Origin: Lama guanicoe
Lineage: Eukaryota
Direction: 5' to 3'
Assembly (NCBI GenBank): GCA_013239625.1
Contig: MU053881.1
Span: forward strand, 4,609,957 to 4,673,956
Length of the DNA stretch: 64,000 bases
Part shown: positions 63,471 through 64,000 of the stretch, piece after piece
Position numbering within the stretch: position 1 is the stretch's first letter
How the letters are laid out: every line of letters begins with the position of its first letter
The notes under the pieces: model-generated
Database searches by the model: none
What the model was told of the DNA's origin: nothing
What the model saw: only the letters and a program-made list of their open reading frames with translations
Made by a program: the position numbers and the translations under genes

Positions 63471-64000
63471 AAAAAAATGGAAACTAGAAGTACAGCATAA
63501 GGAATCACAAAAAGTGACAGACTCTGGACAGCAACGACAGGTGAAAAGCAAAATGGAAGTTATCCCCCGGAATCGAGCCACAGTCCTCTTCCCTAAAAGG
63601 CATCCAGAGCTCCGATGATCACCTGGAGGGTGGGACAGGACCCCTGAGTCTCACACACACTGTCCCATGAGCTGGAGCTAACACACTGGCCCCCTTCAGG
63701 GCCAATTTATTGATCTACGATGTACCCTGGGATAGAAACAAGGCTGGTTAACTGAACCATTCAGACTCTTGGTCTTGGAGAAGGTGAATGAGAGACTTAC
63801 CTAGAGGGTCAGCAGGTGGAGGGAGGGGGGAAGAGAGAGAAAAGGCGGGCAGCCAAAAGCAGAAGCAGTGAGGCGGCCAGGGCTGTGAGACCCAGGGAAA
63901 ACCACCTGGATAGAGCTGTAAGCTCTCACAAAATCCAAACCACAGAACAGAAACAGATCTCACCAGCCCTCTCCACTTCCTTGCACCAACTCTGGCTCTC

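Overview
This is mammalian non-coding genomic DNA, most likely from a camelid (alpaca, llama or camel). The inference rests on four copies of a Vic-1-like tRNA-derived SINE and on my not recognising Alu, B1/B2, BovB/Bov-A or PRE-1 elements. I recognise no host protein-coding exon, RNA gene or CRISPR array, and the ORF track is essentially chance ORFs plus decayed retroelement frames. Much of the window is interspersed repeats: MIR, L2, L1 fragments, MaLR/ERVL solo LTRs, hAT remnants and a ~1.7 kb minus-strand ERVL pol (RT-RNase H) fossil. The best-supported structural observations are a twin-primed (5'-inverted) L1, several target-site-duplication (TSD)-bounded insertions including a 71 bp micro-L1, nested insertions that give a relative chronology, and an apparent AT-to-GC-biased tract in the ERVL RT. 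I found no evidence for a novel biological system. Repeat subfamily names come from recalled consensus motifs, and boundaries are approximate unless a TSD is quoted.
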